DNA from: Deltaproteobacteria bacterium
GTDB taxonomy: Bacteria > Bdellovibrionota_C > UBA2361 > JAFLCA01
Length of the DNA stretch: 64,000 bases
Assembly (NCBI GenBank): GCA_017302875.1
Contig: JAFLCA010000002.1
Location: 1,118-65,117 of the forward strand
Direction: 5' to 3'
The notes under the pieces are model-generated. The model worked only from the letters and a program-made list of their open reading frames with translations, searched no databases and had not been told where the DNA came from. Position 1 is the first letter of the stretch; every line of letters begins with the position of its first letter. Both the position numbers and the translations under genes were made by a program. This document shows positions 27,717 to 37,380 of this stretch, in pieces.

Positions 27717-29486
27717 ATGGCCGCAAACACTTCTTATAATCCAACGGCGCGAGGATCGAACCTCGCTCTTGAACTACTCCTCAACCTCCTGTTGGTGGCC
27801 GTGGTGTCGGTGGATCTTATCTCGCCCTGGTCAGTTGAAGTGTCATGGCACGCGAGCTGGATCTGGATCGCAGTTCACATCGTTCTTTTCATCGCCGCGC
27901 TCGGATCACTACTGAAGTCTCTGCTAAGACCCGTAAAATTCCTCTCCGTCATCGGCCTGGGAATCGCGCTGGCATACCTGTACCTCGCGATGGTGGATGC
28001 GAGAAACATCAGCCACGAGGCTACTCAGCAGGTTGCTTGCGTTCTAAAGAAGTGGGCGGTCCCCGATCACGCTTTTGGAGACTGGTGTTTTTTGGGATAT
28101 CCGGCTCGCTCGTACTATCTGAATGCTTTCCCCACCCTACTATTCGGTCCGAGTCAGCTGGCGTTAAATTTTGGCTTCGCGAGCTACTTCATCATTGGCT
28201 TGCTTGCCTTCGTTGGCGGAATCCTCTCGCTTTTTAAGGATAGACGCGCCGACTTGGTTGCTCTGCTCGCCGTGGCTTTACTCCTGCACTCGAATCACTT
28301 CGACGTACTCCTACTAAACTTCGAACAATCTTTCGTGCCGACAAGCTATGCGCTTATGGTGGCGGGATTCTTTCTGCATTTCGTTTCAAGCGGCCGCTCG
28401 CGATATCTAACTTTAACTGCGCTGGCATTGTATTTAAGTATTTATGCATACACGCCGGCTCTGGCTTTAAGCGTTCTCGCTCTAATTCTGTTACCGCTCT
28501 TCCTACTAAGTCCGCTCAGTATAGGGAATCGTCGCCTGGCATCGCTGCTTGGCCTAGGACTCATCGCGGGAATTATTCGCTCACTGTGGGCACGCGAAGA
28601 CTTAAAGCTAAACCCTGAGGGAGGAGTAGGCGAAGCTCTGTGGCACAAACTGGGAGAGCTGGGCTCCGCCCTCACCACGTTCACTCCGCCTGATGGGGTT
28701 ATCTCTCTGGCCTTGGCGGCCGTTCTCGGCGCTTTCACCCTACTTACCTTTGGCATATTTTTGCTGCGCCTCTATCAACTTCTGTCGCGCCGAGGCGCTG
28801 CGTCAAGCGAAGGCACATCGCTACTCATAGCAGATCCAATTTTTGCCGTTTCTGGTCTATATCTCCTGCTCTGTGTATGGGCAGCGGCAGTCGCGATTGC
28901 CTCGATCCTCTCGCCGGGATACGCAAAACCACCTCCTGCCTTTGCCATACATCGAGCCACTTTCGTGCTACCGCTTTTAATCGCCTGCGGCGCAGTCTTC
29001 GAAAGCAAGTGTCGCCGTTTTCTGACTTTGCACTACCTCGCACTCTTGGCTGCTTGCATCTATTTTGGATGGTTGGGCTGCCAGTATCTCGCTCTCCATC
29101 AGTCGCGCAAAGCGGCCGATCCAAAGATTGCCTTCTTCAAAGAACTGCGTCGGCAGTTTCCCCACAAAGAACCCGGAGATTCGATCACCATCCTGATGTC
29201 GGGCAATCTGCGCTGGCTGCTCGGGAATACCTCCGACTATGCAGAATACCTTTGGCCGCAGCTCGAATACTACTTCTATGAAACGTGCCGAGAGTTTGCG
29301 GACTTGCCCCAACGTGCGAAGGCGTCCCTCCTGATCACAGAAGCGCCTTTTCCTGATTGCGCTGCCGAGCTTGGCTGTGAAGTGGAGGCATGCGAGAATT
29401 TCTCTACGTTGCAACACACGCTCCAGGCATGCAAACTCTCAGCCTGTCGCGCTGAAACGACAGATCACCTAGAGCCCGTGAATTAG
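27717..29486 (+). CDS. Polytopic membrane protein, putative GT-C-type glycosyltransferase
   Basis: 589 aa with more than 10 hydrophobic helices and a Cys-containing soluble C-terminal domain. No diagnostic motif recognised; the call rests on context. Confidence 0.4.
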   Translation: MAANTSYNPTARGSNLALELLLNLLLVAVVSVDLISPWSVEVSWHASWIWIAVHIVLFIAALGSLLKSLLRPVKFLSVIGLGIALAYLYLAMVDARNISHEATQQVACVLKKWAVPDHAFGDWCFLGYPARSYYLNAFPTLLFGPSQLALNFGFASYFIIGLLAFVGGILSLFKDRRADLVALLAVALLLHSNHFDVLLLNFEQSFVPTSYALMVAGFFLHFVSSGRSRYLTLTALALYLSIYAYTPALALSVLALILLPLFLLSPLSIGNRRLASLLGLGLIAGIIRSLWAREDLKLNPEGGVGEALWHKLGELGSALTTFTPPDGVISLALAAVLGAFTLLTFGIFLLRLYQLLSRRGAASSEGTSLLIADPIFAVSGLYLLLCVWAAAVAIASILSPGYAKPPPAFAIHRATFVLPLLIACGAVFESKCRRFLTLHYLALLAACIYFGWLGCQYLALHQSRKAADPKIAFFKELRRQFPHKEPGDSITILMSGNLRWLLGNTSDYAEYLWPQLEYYFYETCREFADLPQRAKASLLITEAPFPDCAAELGCEVEACENFSTLQHTLQACKLSACRAETTDHLEPVN

Positions 29487-29498
29487 CATCAGACGCTT

Positions 29499-31142
29499 AT
29501 GCACCGCATCACTCTCCTTCTGTCTCTTCTCAGCCGCGCGCTTCCGGTACTCGCGCTCATTTTTCTGCTTGTCGTCGCTTGGAACCTTTCCGATTTTATC
29601 CCGATTTGGGATGGAGGTTGGTTTTTGGGCTGTGCGATGGATGCCAGCCTCAACCTAGGCGACATCTCCAAGTTCAATTGCGGCGTGCATGAACCTGCGA
29701 TTTTCTATATGGGACTGCTCGCCCTCGTGCACTACGTGAGCGGCGGCAGCTTGTCCGTGCTGCACTTCTTCAACCTTGCCCTTCTCTTCGTGGCGATGTG
29801 GGCGAGCTTCCGATTGTTGCGCAGCCTATTCCCCGCTGAAGAGAATCAACGTGAGTTGGCGCTCGTCGCGGCGATTTCGGGAACCTTCCCCATTCTGGTT
29901 GCAATTGTGTTTAACACCAGCTTGGACTTTTCTGTTGCCGTATTCCTAGTGCTGTATGCGCTGGCTATAGCAAAACGCAGCGTGCTGGGGGCTCTTCTTG
30001 CGGCGTCAGCCTTGGCCTTCTCGAAAGAGACCGGCTTGCTGATGTATGCCTTAAGTCTGCCCTTTGTGGCGCTCTTTGCAACTGAAGGTCCGCTCTTTTC
30101 AAAGCAACGTTTCCGCTCCGCGCTGCGCTACGCACCCCTGCTGCTTCCCGGAATATTTCACTTCGTCTACTTTCTCATGCGCCCCGACGGATACTCGCTG
30201 CAGGGAAAAGTGGCGACTCAATTATGTTGGACTGAAGCAAAGGAGTGGTACCAGCTGTTTCTACAACTAAACTTCAGCAGTAAGACCATTCAAAATTATC
30301 TCTTCAATATCTTCGCCCTCAACTTCAATTGGATTTTGACGGCGATTATCGCGGTAGCTTTGTTCAAAATACTGGCTGCTTTCGCGCGCGCCAAGTTCTC
30401 ACGGGCTTTTTTTGCGGTGCCAACTCAGCAAACGAGAGCACAACTGTTCGTGTTGGCACTATTCATCGTTTCAATTTACGCATCGACGCGCTGCCCCTTT
30501 TACAACAATCCAAAGTACATCGCTCCGTCACTGATGCTTTTGGCAATTGTTTCTTACGGCGCCCTGCTGCGAGTCGTGGCTTCCGCCCCCCTGCGGCAAG
30601 CCTTCCTGAGCGGCTTTTTGATTCTCAATTGCTTTTCTCTCTTTCGAACATTGGATCCAATTTCACGTTCCTACTACGGCACGATTCCCTTCGGGCAGCA
30701 CAGAATTTTACATATGACGAGCCGCACCAACGAGTGCTGCGGATACGGACAGGATCAGCTCGTATACAATCTAGAATTCACCAATTTGCACTATCTAGTC
30801 GGCGAGGCTTTTAAAGAACTCCGCATCAAGGCTTCCGATCCCTTGGTGGTCCCAACCCGAGCTTGGATGTTGCGGTTCTTCGATTCTGAATCTTGGGATC
30901 GTGGCCTGAATCCCAAGAACCCCGTCTCCTACTGGGAATTATCGGCTGACGAGGCCATACACAATGAAGACATCGGCTACGTGTATTATATCGACTACGC
31001 CTTCCACGATACTCGCGAGGACTTGGAGAAACTTCGCGGCTGCTTCCGGCAGGAGTGGCGCAAGGAATTCTTCCGGGATGGATATAGTCTACCTATATAC
31101 CGCTTTGTTCGAACGGGTAGCTGCCCCGCCAAGACACCCTAG
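29499..31142 (+). CDS. Polytopic membrane protein, putative GT-C-type glycosyltransferase
   Basis: 547 aa, polytopic N-terminal two-thirds (...LALVAAISGTFPILVAIVFNTSLDF...AFSKETGLLMY) plus a soluble C-terminal domain. The call rests on context. Confidence 0.45.
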   Translation: MHRITLLLSLLSRALPVLALIFLLVVAWNLSDFIPIWDGGWFLGCAMDASLNLGDISKFNCGVHEPAIFYMGLLALVHYVSGGSLSVLHFFNLALLFVAMWASFRLLRSLFPAEENQRELALVAAISGTFPILVAIVFNTSLDFSVAVFLVLYALAIAKRSVLGALLAASALAFSKETGLLMYALSLPFVALFATEGPLFSKQRFRSALRYAPLLLPGIFHFVYFLMRPDGYSLQGKVATQLCWTEAKEWYQLFLQLNFSSKTIQNYLFNIFALNFNWILTAIIAVALFKILAAFARAKFSRAFFAVPTQQTRAQLFVLALFIVSIYASTRCPFYNNPKYIAPSLMLLAIVSYGALLRVVASAPLRQAFLSGFLILNCFSLFRTLDPISRSYYGTIPFGQHRILHMTSRTNECCGYGQDQLVYNLEFTNLHYLVGEAFKELRIKASDPLVVPTRAWMLRFFDSESWDRGLNPKNPVSYWELSADEAIHNEDIGYVYYIDYAFHDTREDLEKLRGCFRQEWRKEFFRDGYSLPIYRFVRTGSCPAKTP

Positions 31143-31233
31143 GAATCCACCCCCAAGTTTCGATCAGGACATAAAGCAAGCCGCCCGGGGCTCCAGATAG
31201 TTCTTTTTTCCGAGAAAAAGAGTTAATCTTTCC

Positions 31234-34200
31234 GTGCACCTATCAAGACTTCCTGCTACGCTCACAACGATGGAACGATTGCGATTCTTAAGCTTCAGAG
31301 GCCTGTCCCGTTCGACCTACTGCCTGCTTGGCGTCCTACTCCTCGGCATATTCTTTCGTCTGTACGCGATCACGCATGGCGTGACGTTTCACCCAGACGA
31401 GCGACATATCGTCGATGTGACTACCAAGCTGAGTCGTGCGGACATGAACCCGCACTCGTTCGCCTACGGCAGCTTCCCGTTCTACTTCTCATGGGCAGTC
31501 GCCCAATTGCTGGGACTACTTTGGCCGAGCTTGATGCGCTACGACGGAATGTTCATCGTCGGACGTTGCGTGGCAGCCTTCTTCGGGGTCGCTTCAATTC
31601 TGCTGACCTACCTGCTTGCTCAACGCGTCTATGCTTCGCGTTCTGTATCAATCTTGGCAGCTGCCCTTGTTGCGCTGAACGTATTTCACATTCAACTGTC
31701 TCGCTTCTTTGCGGTCGATATTTTTCTGACCGCTTGGTGCATCGCGGCTCTGGTCGCCTGCGTCCGCCTGTCTCAACAAAATCGCGCGCGTGACTATCTG
31801 CTGGCTGGCGTCTCACTTGGATTTGCATTCGCCACGAAGATAAGCGCGATGACCCTTTTGGCGCCGCTTTTTGTCGCCATCGCCCTGCATGGCATCGCTT
31901 CGAATCAGCTCTTTTCCTGGCGGCGCATTGCTTGGACTGTTGCCACCCTGCTTCTAGCCGGCCTTGTTTTCTTGGCCGTCGAGCCCTATGCGGTGCTCGA
32001 CTCGGTAACATTCCTGAAGAACACCAAAGAACAAACCGACATGGTGCAGGGTTTGTGGCGTCCGCCCTATACAATTCAGTACGCCGACACGACCCCGTAC
32101 CTGTACGTACTTTCGCAGATGACCTTCTACACGATGGGCATCCCCTTGGCGCTCGCCGTATTTTTGGGCTTTGGCTACTCCTTCTTTAGACAGTTCTCCA
32201 AGATTCGCCCGGCAGAACTCGTACTGCTGGCCTGGGTCATCCCGCTGTTTCTCTCTTTCGGTGGTCTTCAAGTTAAGTTTCCCCGTTACTTCCTGCCCAT
32301 ATATCCCGTGCTATTCGTCTTCGCAGCACACTTCCTTATCGAAATAGGCAGCGCTCTTGCTCGAACGAGAGTCCGCTTCTTGCGCAACGTTCCGACCGCG
32401 ATCGTCGTGACTTGGTGTTTTGTATATGCCGTGGCGTTTTCGCGAATTTACTCAGTCGATCATGGCTACGAAATTGCCAGTCGCTGGATTTTTCAGAATG
32501 TTCCGGCTGGCTCCACCATTTTGGGCGTGGACTGGGATGATAAATTGCCGCTCTTCCTGCCCGGCCTTGATCCACGCCGCTTTAGAGCAGAAGGGCGCGC
32601 GTGGGAACTCCCCCTCTATGGAAATGAAACCCCTGAAAAGTTAGCCGAAGTTTCCGAAAAGCTCGCACGCGGTGACTATATTATTTTCCCAACCGCACGT
32701 ACCTATGGGTCGATCCCACGAATCCCCGAAGAGTACGTATTCACGACCAACATGCTGCGATTACTGTTTGCCGAAAAGCTCGGGTACAAGCTTGAGCAAA
32801 CTATAAAAATTCGCCCGCACTTCGGCCCGATAGAATTTAATGATGATTTAGCCGATGAAAGCTTGTCGGTCTACGATCATCCAAAAATTTCAATATTCAA
32901 GAAAACCGAGGCCCTCTCAGCGCTCGACATTCGCCAGCGCATTCTCGACGCCTATCAGTATAGGCCCCTTCCTACGCTTCAAGATATGTTGTTGGCTGAT
33001 AGCGGCTCGGGTGAGTTAGCCACGACTACTGTGCGACCGACACTCCTTCCAACCTTCTTGTGGTTGCTGATCTTGGAGCTACTAGGACTCATTGCATTGC
33101 CATTTGCGATGAGTCTATTCCCGACTGCTCCGGACAAGGGTTATGGAATCGCAAAAACGGGCGGCCTTCTCCTCGTAGGGGCCAGCGTGTGGATCCTCGG
33201 TAGTTTGCATTGGATTCCCACGAATGCGCGATGCACCTGGATCATTCTCGGCATGCTGGCCGCAACGGCAATGTTTCTGTTTTCCCGGCAACATCCTTCA
33301 TTGCGGCAAATCCTCAAGCAGAATCACAAGCCGTTTTTAGTTGGCGAACTTCTCTTCCTCGTGGGATTTTTCGGATTTGTTATTTTGCGCGCTTTTCAGC
33401 CAGAGATTTTTTGGGGCGAAAAGCCGATGGACTTTACCTTCCTCAACTACTTCATTCGGCTTGAGAGCCTACCGCCCCAAGATCCCTGGGCCGCAGGGCA
33501 AGTCATGCGCTACTACTATTTCGGATCGTTCTTGATGGCGCTGTTGCATAAGCTGAGCGGTATTGATTCCGCAATCGGCTATAACCTTTCTATCGCAACA
33601 ATCGCCGGACTTTCTTTGTCAGGCGCCTACACCTTTATCCTTATCTGTTGCAGAAAAATTTGGCCCGCGGTGATTGGCGCCTTGGCGGTGCTTCTGATGA
33701 GCAATTTGGAAGTACTACGCTTGGTCTTCTTCAGCGAGAAGAAAGGTTTCGATCTTTTTTGGGCAAGCTCGCGCTTGTACCGCGAGCCCGGCATCACCGA
33801 GTATCCGCTGTGGGCATTACTATTCGCGGACCTCCACGCGCACCTGATTGTCTACCCGCTCATTTTCTTGTTGCTCGCTCTGGCGACCCGTTTCCTTCAT
33901 CACGAGCGGGACTCGCTCACCCTCTCCTTAGTCGCTCATCGCTTCGCCTGCGGCGTAGTTCTGAGCAGCTTGGTCGCCACTAATTCTTGGGATGCAATTT
34001 CTTACGGCTTTCTTTTCGGCGTCCTCATGCTCTACCGCTCCTTGCTTGTGGTGGTTGGTAGACGGGGTCGCTTTAAGCGCTTCTGTTCTGCGCTCCTCGA
34101 TTTGCTTCGTGACATTCCGCTGGTCAGCCTCGGAATACTGCCAATTTTTGTTCTCTTCATGCTGTCGTCCGGATCACAGGTGGCGTTGGGGTTCGGCTTT

Positions 34201-35295
34201 AATCAAAAGATCGAGTTCGACACTCTCGATCAAGTCCTTCGCCACCTGGGACAGTGGTTGCTGCCTATCTTTTTAGCCTTCCTCCTACTCTCCTTTAAGA
34301 ATTTACGGAGAACTCCGATCCGAGAAATCGTAGGAAGGCTACTGCTTGGACTGTTCTTCGGCGCCTTCCCGTTGGGGATTTGTTTTCTTACGCTGCTCCC
34401 CGCGTTCGAAGGCCGCGTACCAGCTCTTCAAGATTTACCGTGGTCCATTCCGGCGCTGTGCTCCGGGATTTCCTTCTTGGCGGTGTTTGTCGGGATGGGC
34501 AAACGCTACTCCCACGCCGTCCGCATGGCTTCCGTGTTCTGCTACTGCGCCATGTTGCTCATTTCGGGTGCCGAGCTGTGTTTCCTGATGGATCACATGA
34601 ACACGATCTTCAAGTTCTACAACGCCGTGTGGATGCTGTGCGGCTTGTCGGTGGCCTGCCTCCTGCCAACCTTGGTGTTGGAGCTATGGAATTTGCGACC
34701 ACGACTGCTTGCCTACACCGTTGGAAGGCCTCTGTGCTTGGCCGTCACGTCTGTATTTGCAATTGCGTGCGCCGGCTCACTGATGAACATGCATACCATG
34801 GTGACTTTCCAACGTGTGGCCGGGCCACGCCCGACGCTCGATGGCATGGCATATCAGCACTGGATGTATCCGCAGGAGGGCGAAGCCATTCGCTGGATTC
34901 GCAAGAATATTCGCGGCACTCCAACCCTTCTTGAAGCGCACGGGGACTCCTATCAGAACTTCACGCGCATAAGCATGAACACTGGTTTGCCAACGGTCTT
35001 GGGCTGGAGCTATCACGTACAGCAGCGTGGCACAGCCGACATTTCCATCGCCGAACGTCGCCGGCTTATAAACGAAATCTACTCGGCGCCCGACCCTGAA
35101 TCCGCAGTGGCGAACCTACAGATGCTGGGAGTCGATCTTATTTACGTCGGACCTCTGGAACGCGAACTTTACGAACGCGGCACGTACAATAGAGCGGGTC
35201 TACGCAAATGGGACGAACACCCAGACGTGTTCCAGCCGCTTTTCCGCTCCGGCACGAGCGTTGTTTACAAAACAACCTGGGCAAGGCTACCGTAG
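31234..35295 (+). CDS. Fusion protein: N-terminal GT39/PMT_2-like glycosyltransferase + C-terminal DUF2298 / 'YYY' membrane domain
   Basis: 1353 aa (GTG at 31234; alternative ATG at 31270). The N-terminus has FRLYAITHGVTFHPDERH...VGRCVAAFFGVASILLTYLLAQRVY...HIQLSRFFAVD. The C-terminal half has GQVMRYYYFG, ITEYPLWALLFADLHAHL and MNTIFKFYNAVW, and is paralogous to the next gene. Confidence 0.7.
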   Translation: MHLSRLPATLTTMERLRFLSFRGLSRSTYCLLGVLLLGIFFRLYAITHGVTFHPDERHIVDVTTKLSRADMNPHSFAYGSFPFYFSWAVAQLLGLLWPSLMRYDGMFIVGRCVAAFFGVASILLTYLLAQRVYASRSVSILAAALVALNVFHIQLSRFFAVDIFLTAWCIAALVACVRLSQQNRARDYLLAGVSLGFAFATKISAMTLLAPLFVAIALHGIASNQLFSWRRIAWTVATLLLAGLVFLAVEPYAVLDSVTFLKNTKEQTDMVQGLWRPPYTIQYADTTPYLYVLSQMTFYTMGIPLALAVFLGFGYSFFRQFSKIRPAELVLLAWVIPLFLSFGGLQVKFPRYFLPIYPVLFVFAAHFLIEIGSALARTRVRFLRNVPTAIVVTWCFVYAVAFSRIYSVDHGYEIASRWIFQNVPAGSTILGVDWDDKLPLFLPGLDPRRFRAEGRAWELPLYGNETPEKLAEVSEKLARGDYIIFPTARTYGSIPRIPEEYVFTTNMLRLLFAEKLGYKLEQTIKIRPHFGPIEFNDDLADESLSVYDHPKISIFKKTEALSALDIRQRILDAYQYRPLPTLQDMLLADSGSGELATTTVRPTLLPTFLWLLILELLGLIALPFAMSLFPTAPDKGYGIAKTGGLLLVGASVWILGSLHWIPTNARCTWIILGMLAATAMFLFSRQHPSLRQILKQNHKPFLVGELLFLVGFFGFVILRAFQPEIFWGEKPMDFTFLNYFIRLESLPPQDPWAAGQVMRYYYFGSFLMALLHKLSGIDSAIGYNLSIATIAGLSLSGAYTFILICCRKIWPAVIGALAVLLMSNLEVLRLVFFSEKKGFDLFWASSRLYREPGITEYPLWALLFADLHAHLIVYPLIFLLLALATRFLHHERDSLTLSLVAHRFACGVVLSSLVATNSWDAISYGFLFGVLMLYRSLLVVVGRRGRFKRFCSALLDLLRDIPLVSLGILPIFVLFMLSSGSQVALGFGFNQKIEFDTLDQVLRHLGQWLLPIFLAFLLLSFKNLRRTPIREIVGRLLLGLFFGAFPLGICFLTLLPAFEGRVPALQDLPWSIPALCSGISFLAVFVGMGKRYSHAVRMASVFCYCAMLLISGAELCFLMDHMNTIFKFYNAVWMLCGLSVACLLPTLVLELWNLRPRLLAYTVGRPLCLAVTSVFAIACAGSLMNMHTMVTFQRVAGPRPTLDGMAYQHWMYPQEGEAIRWIRKNIRGTPTLLEAHGDSYQNFTRISMNTGLPTVLGWSYHVQQRGTADISIAERRRLINEIYSAPDPESAVANLQMLGVDLIYVGPLERELYERGTYNRAGLRKWDEHPDVFQPLFRSGTSVVYKTTWARLP

Positions 35296-35301
35296 AAGGC
35301 A

Positions 35302-37350
35302 ATGGAAATTTGCCTGACTGTCGCTCTCATCGCTCTCGCACTTTGCGCCGTAGGAATAGCTCCTTTTGAAGGAACGCTTGCCCTTCTATTGCTGACTCCT
35401 ATTTGCGCCTACCCTTTGGGTCTGCTTTTACCGGCGGGGAAACCACTCTACGTTATCTCCTTCGCCTTCCTTCTGACCTTGTTGATGGTTCTTAGCAAAG
35501 GCCGCTCGCTATATAGCCGCGATGAAGCCCTACAAGCACTTCTTCCCGTCGGCTATTTTGTAGTTTGCTTCTCAGTTTTTTCCTATCTCTGCCACTCGTG
35601 GCCGGACTTCTATCAACTAGGCGAACGTCTGCGTGATTTTGCCGTGCTGAGCGCGGTTATCAAATCTCCAATTGAAGCGCGTGAACCCTGGCTTTCGGGG
35701 TTTCCGCTAAATTACTACCTATATTGGTATCGCTTTGGGCATATGCTCAGCAGCGTGCTGAAGCTTCCAATCTGGGAAGTCTATCATCAGCTGCAAGCCT
35801 TCACCTTCGCGCTCTTTAGCACCTCGATTTTCGTGCTCTTTAGAAAGTATGCGAAGTTTCCAGTCTGGGGGGCGCTATTCACCGCCGCGATTATTACGCT
35901 TGGCTCAAACGCCGAGGGAATTTTGTACTTTATCAAGAACGACCCCAATTGGTGGGGGCCGTCACGAGTCATTCCGGGCGCAATCAACGAGTTCCCGGCT
36001 TGGTCGTTCCTTCTGGGCGACGTACACCCACACTATTTAAATCTGGGGCTAATTCCTTTTCTCTTGGGTATTTTCCTGTGCGTCTCACGCTCCACGCTGC
36101 AAATCGGCGCAAAATTATACTCTATTGTGGGCATACTGGCAGTTGGCACGTTGTGGTCGTACAACGCGAACGCTTGGGAACTTCCCGTATGGCTGGGTTT
36201 AAGCGCCGCGATCTTTACGAGCTCGCTTGCCGTTCTGCCTGTCGCTGAACTCAGAAAGATAGAGCGCCGAGACTTCCTGTCACTCCCGGCAGCTCTTATT
36301 GTCGCGCTCGTTGTCTACCTTGCTTACTCGCTGGCCCTTTCCTCTCTCAACATCGTTCCGGCGCACATGCCGTTAAAACTCGTCGAGATGCCGGTACCTC
36401 GTACCAGCGCCTTAGATTTGCTGCGACATTGGGGAATCCCGCTGGCAATCATCATTTTGAGCAGCATTCTTTCTTTACGAAAAATCGAATGGATGGTGAT
36501 TGCCGCGCTGGCATTTGGATTAGCTTTCGCCACTCGCAGCGCCATCGTTGTTCTGACTCTTACCTTCGTACTTGCCGCGTTGATAGCTTGGAATTCTCGC
36601 AAGGAGCCCGGCAGCGCAAGCTTAAGCAACTGCGTCTTCACGTCGATGGGGCTCCTCGCGCTCTTGCTCATTATATTTCCCGAATTGGCGTTCCTCGACG
36701 ACTCCTACGGCGGAGAAAACGAGCGAATGAACACCATTTTCAAAGCCTATAGCGCAGCTTGGTTTCTGCTGCACGGCTTTGCATTTTATTTGCTGGCGAA
36801 ATTGCCGAGAGCTTGGCTCAATCGCTTCCCGGACTTTCCGTTATTGCCCTTGGTGTTGGTGGTAGGAATTTTATGGATTGGATTTTTCTTCCGCACTATC
36901 AAACTCAGAAAGTCGAGCGAATTTGGCGTACAGCCTGCGGCACAAGGTCTTAGCGACATTGAAAGACGCTTCCCAGGTTCTGCAACCACGATACAGATTC
37001 TCACGAGAAGCCGTCCGGGAATTGTGCTGGAAGCGCAGGGCCCCGCCTATGACTTCACCTCACACATCGCGACTCTTTCGAGCCAGACTGCATACCTAGG
37101 CTGGGCAAACCACATCAATTTGCTTTTACAGGTATACCCGGAAGTTTCTCGCCGCGAGAAAATTACAGAAGATATGTACCGTGAAGCTGATTGCGCCAAG
37201 AAAAAGACTCTGGCGACTCAGGAACGCATCAACTACATAGTGCTGGGCCCGCTTGAAAAGCGCGCCTTCCCAGAAGCAAATGCAGAGCAATTTTCCTGCT
37301 TCAAGGAACTGATCAGGTCTAAAGAGTATCTGGTCTTCGAGAACCAATAG
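35302..37350 (+). CDS. DUF2298 / 'YYY'-domain polytopic membrane protein
   Basis: 682 aa. GFPLNYYLYWYRFGH, INEFPAWSFLLGDVHPHY, MNTIFKAYSAAW and YLGWANH align with the C-terminal half of 31234-35295. Confidence 0.65.
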   Translation: MEICLTVALIALALCAVGIAPFEGTLALLLLTPICAYPLGLLLPAGKPLYVISFAFLLTLLMVLSKGRSLYSRDEALQALLPVGYFVVCFSVFSYLCHSWPDFYQLGERLRDFAVLSAVIKSPIEAREPWLSGFPLNYYLYWYRFGHMLSSVLKLPIWEVYHQLQAFTFALFSTSIFVLFRKYAKFPVWGALFTAAIITLGSNAEGILYFIKNDPNWWGPSRVIPGAINEFPAWSFLLGDVHPHYLNLGLIPFLLGIFLCVSRSTLQIGAKLYSIVGILAVGTLWSYNANAWELPVWLGLSAAIFTSSLAVLPVAELRKIERRDFLSLPAALIVALVVYLAYSLALSSLNIVPAHMPLKLVEMPVPRTSALDLLRHWGIPLAIIILSSILSLRKIEWMVIAALAFGLAFATRSAIVVLTLTFVLAALIAWNSRKEPGSASLSNCVFTSMGLLALLLIIFPELAFLDDSYGGENERMNTIFKAYSAAWFLLHGFAFYLLAKLPRAWLNRFPDFPLLPLVLVVGILWIGFFFRTIKLRKSSEFGVQPAAQGLSDIERRFPGSATTIQILTRSRPGIVLEAQGPAYDFTSHIATLSSQTAYLGWANHINLLLQVYPEVSRREKITEDMYREADCAKKKTLATQERINYIVLGPLEKRAFPEANAEQFSCFKELIRSKEYLVFENQ

Positions 37351-37380
37351 TCCGCTAACGTTCCCGCATACGCGAAGAAC

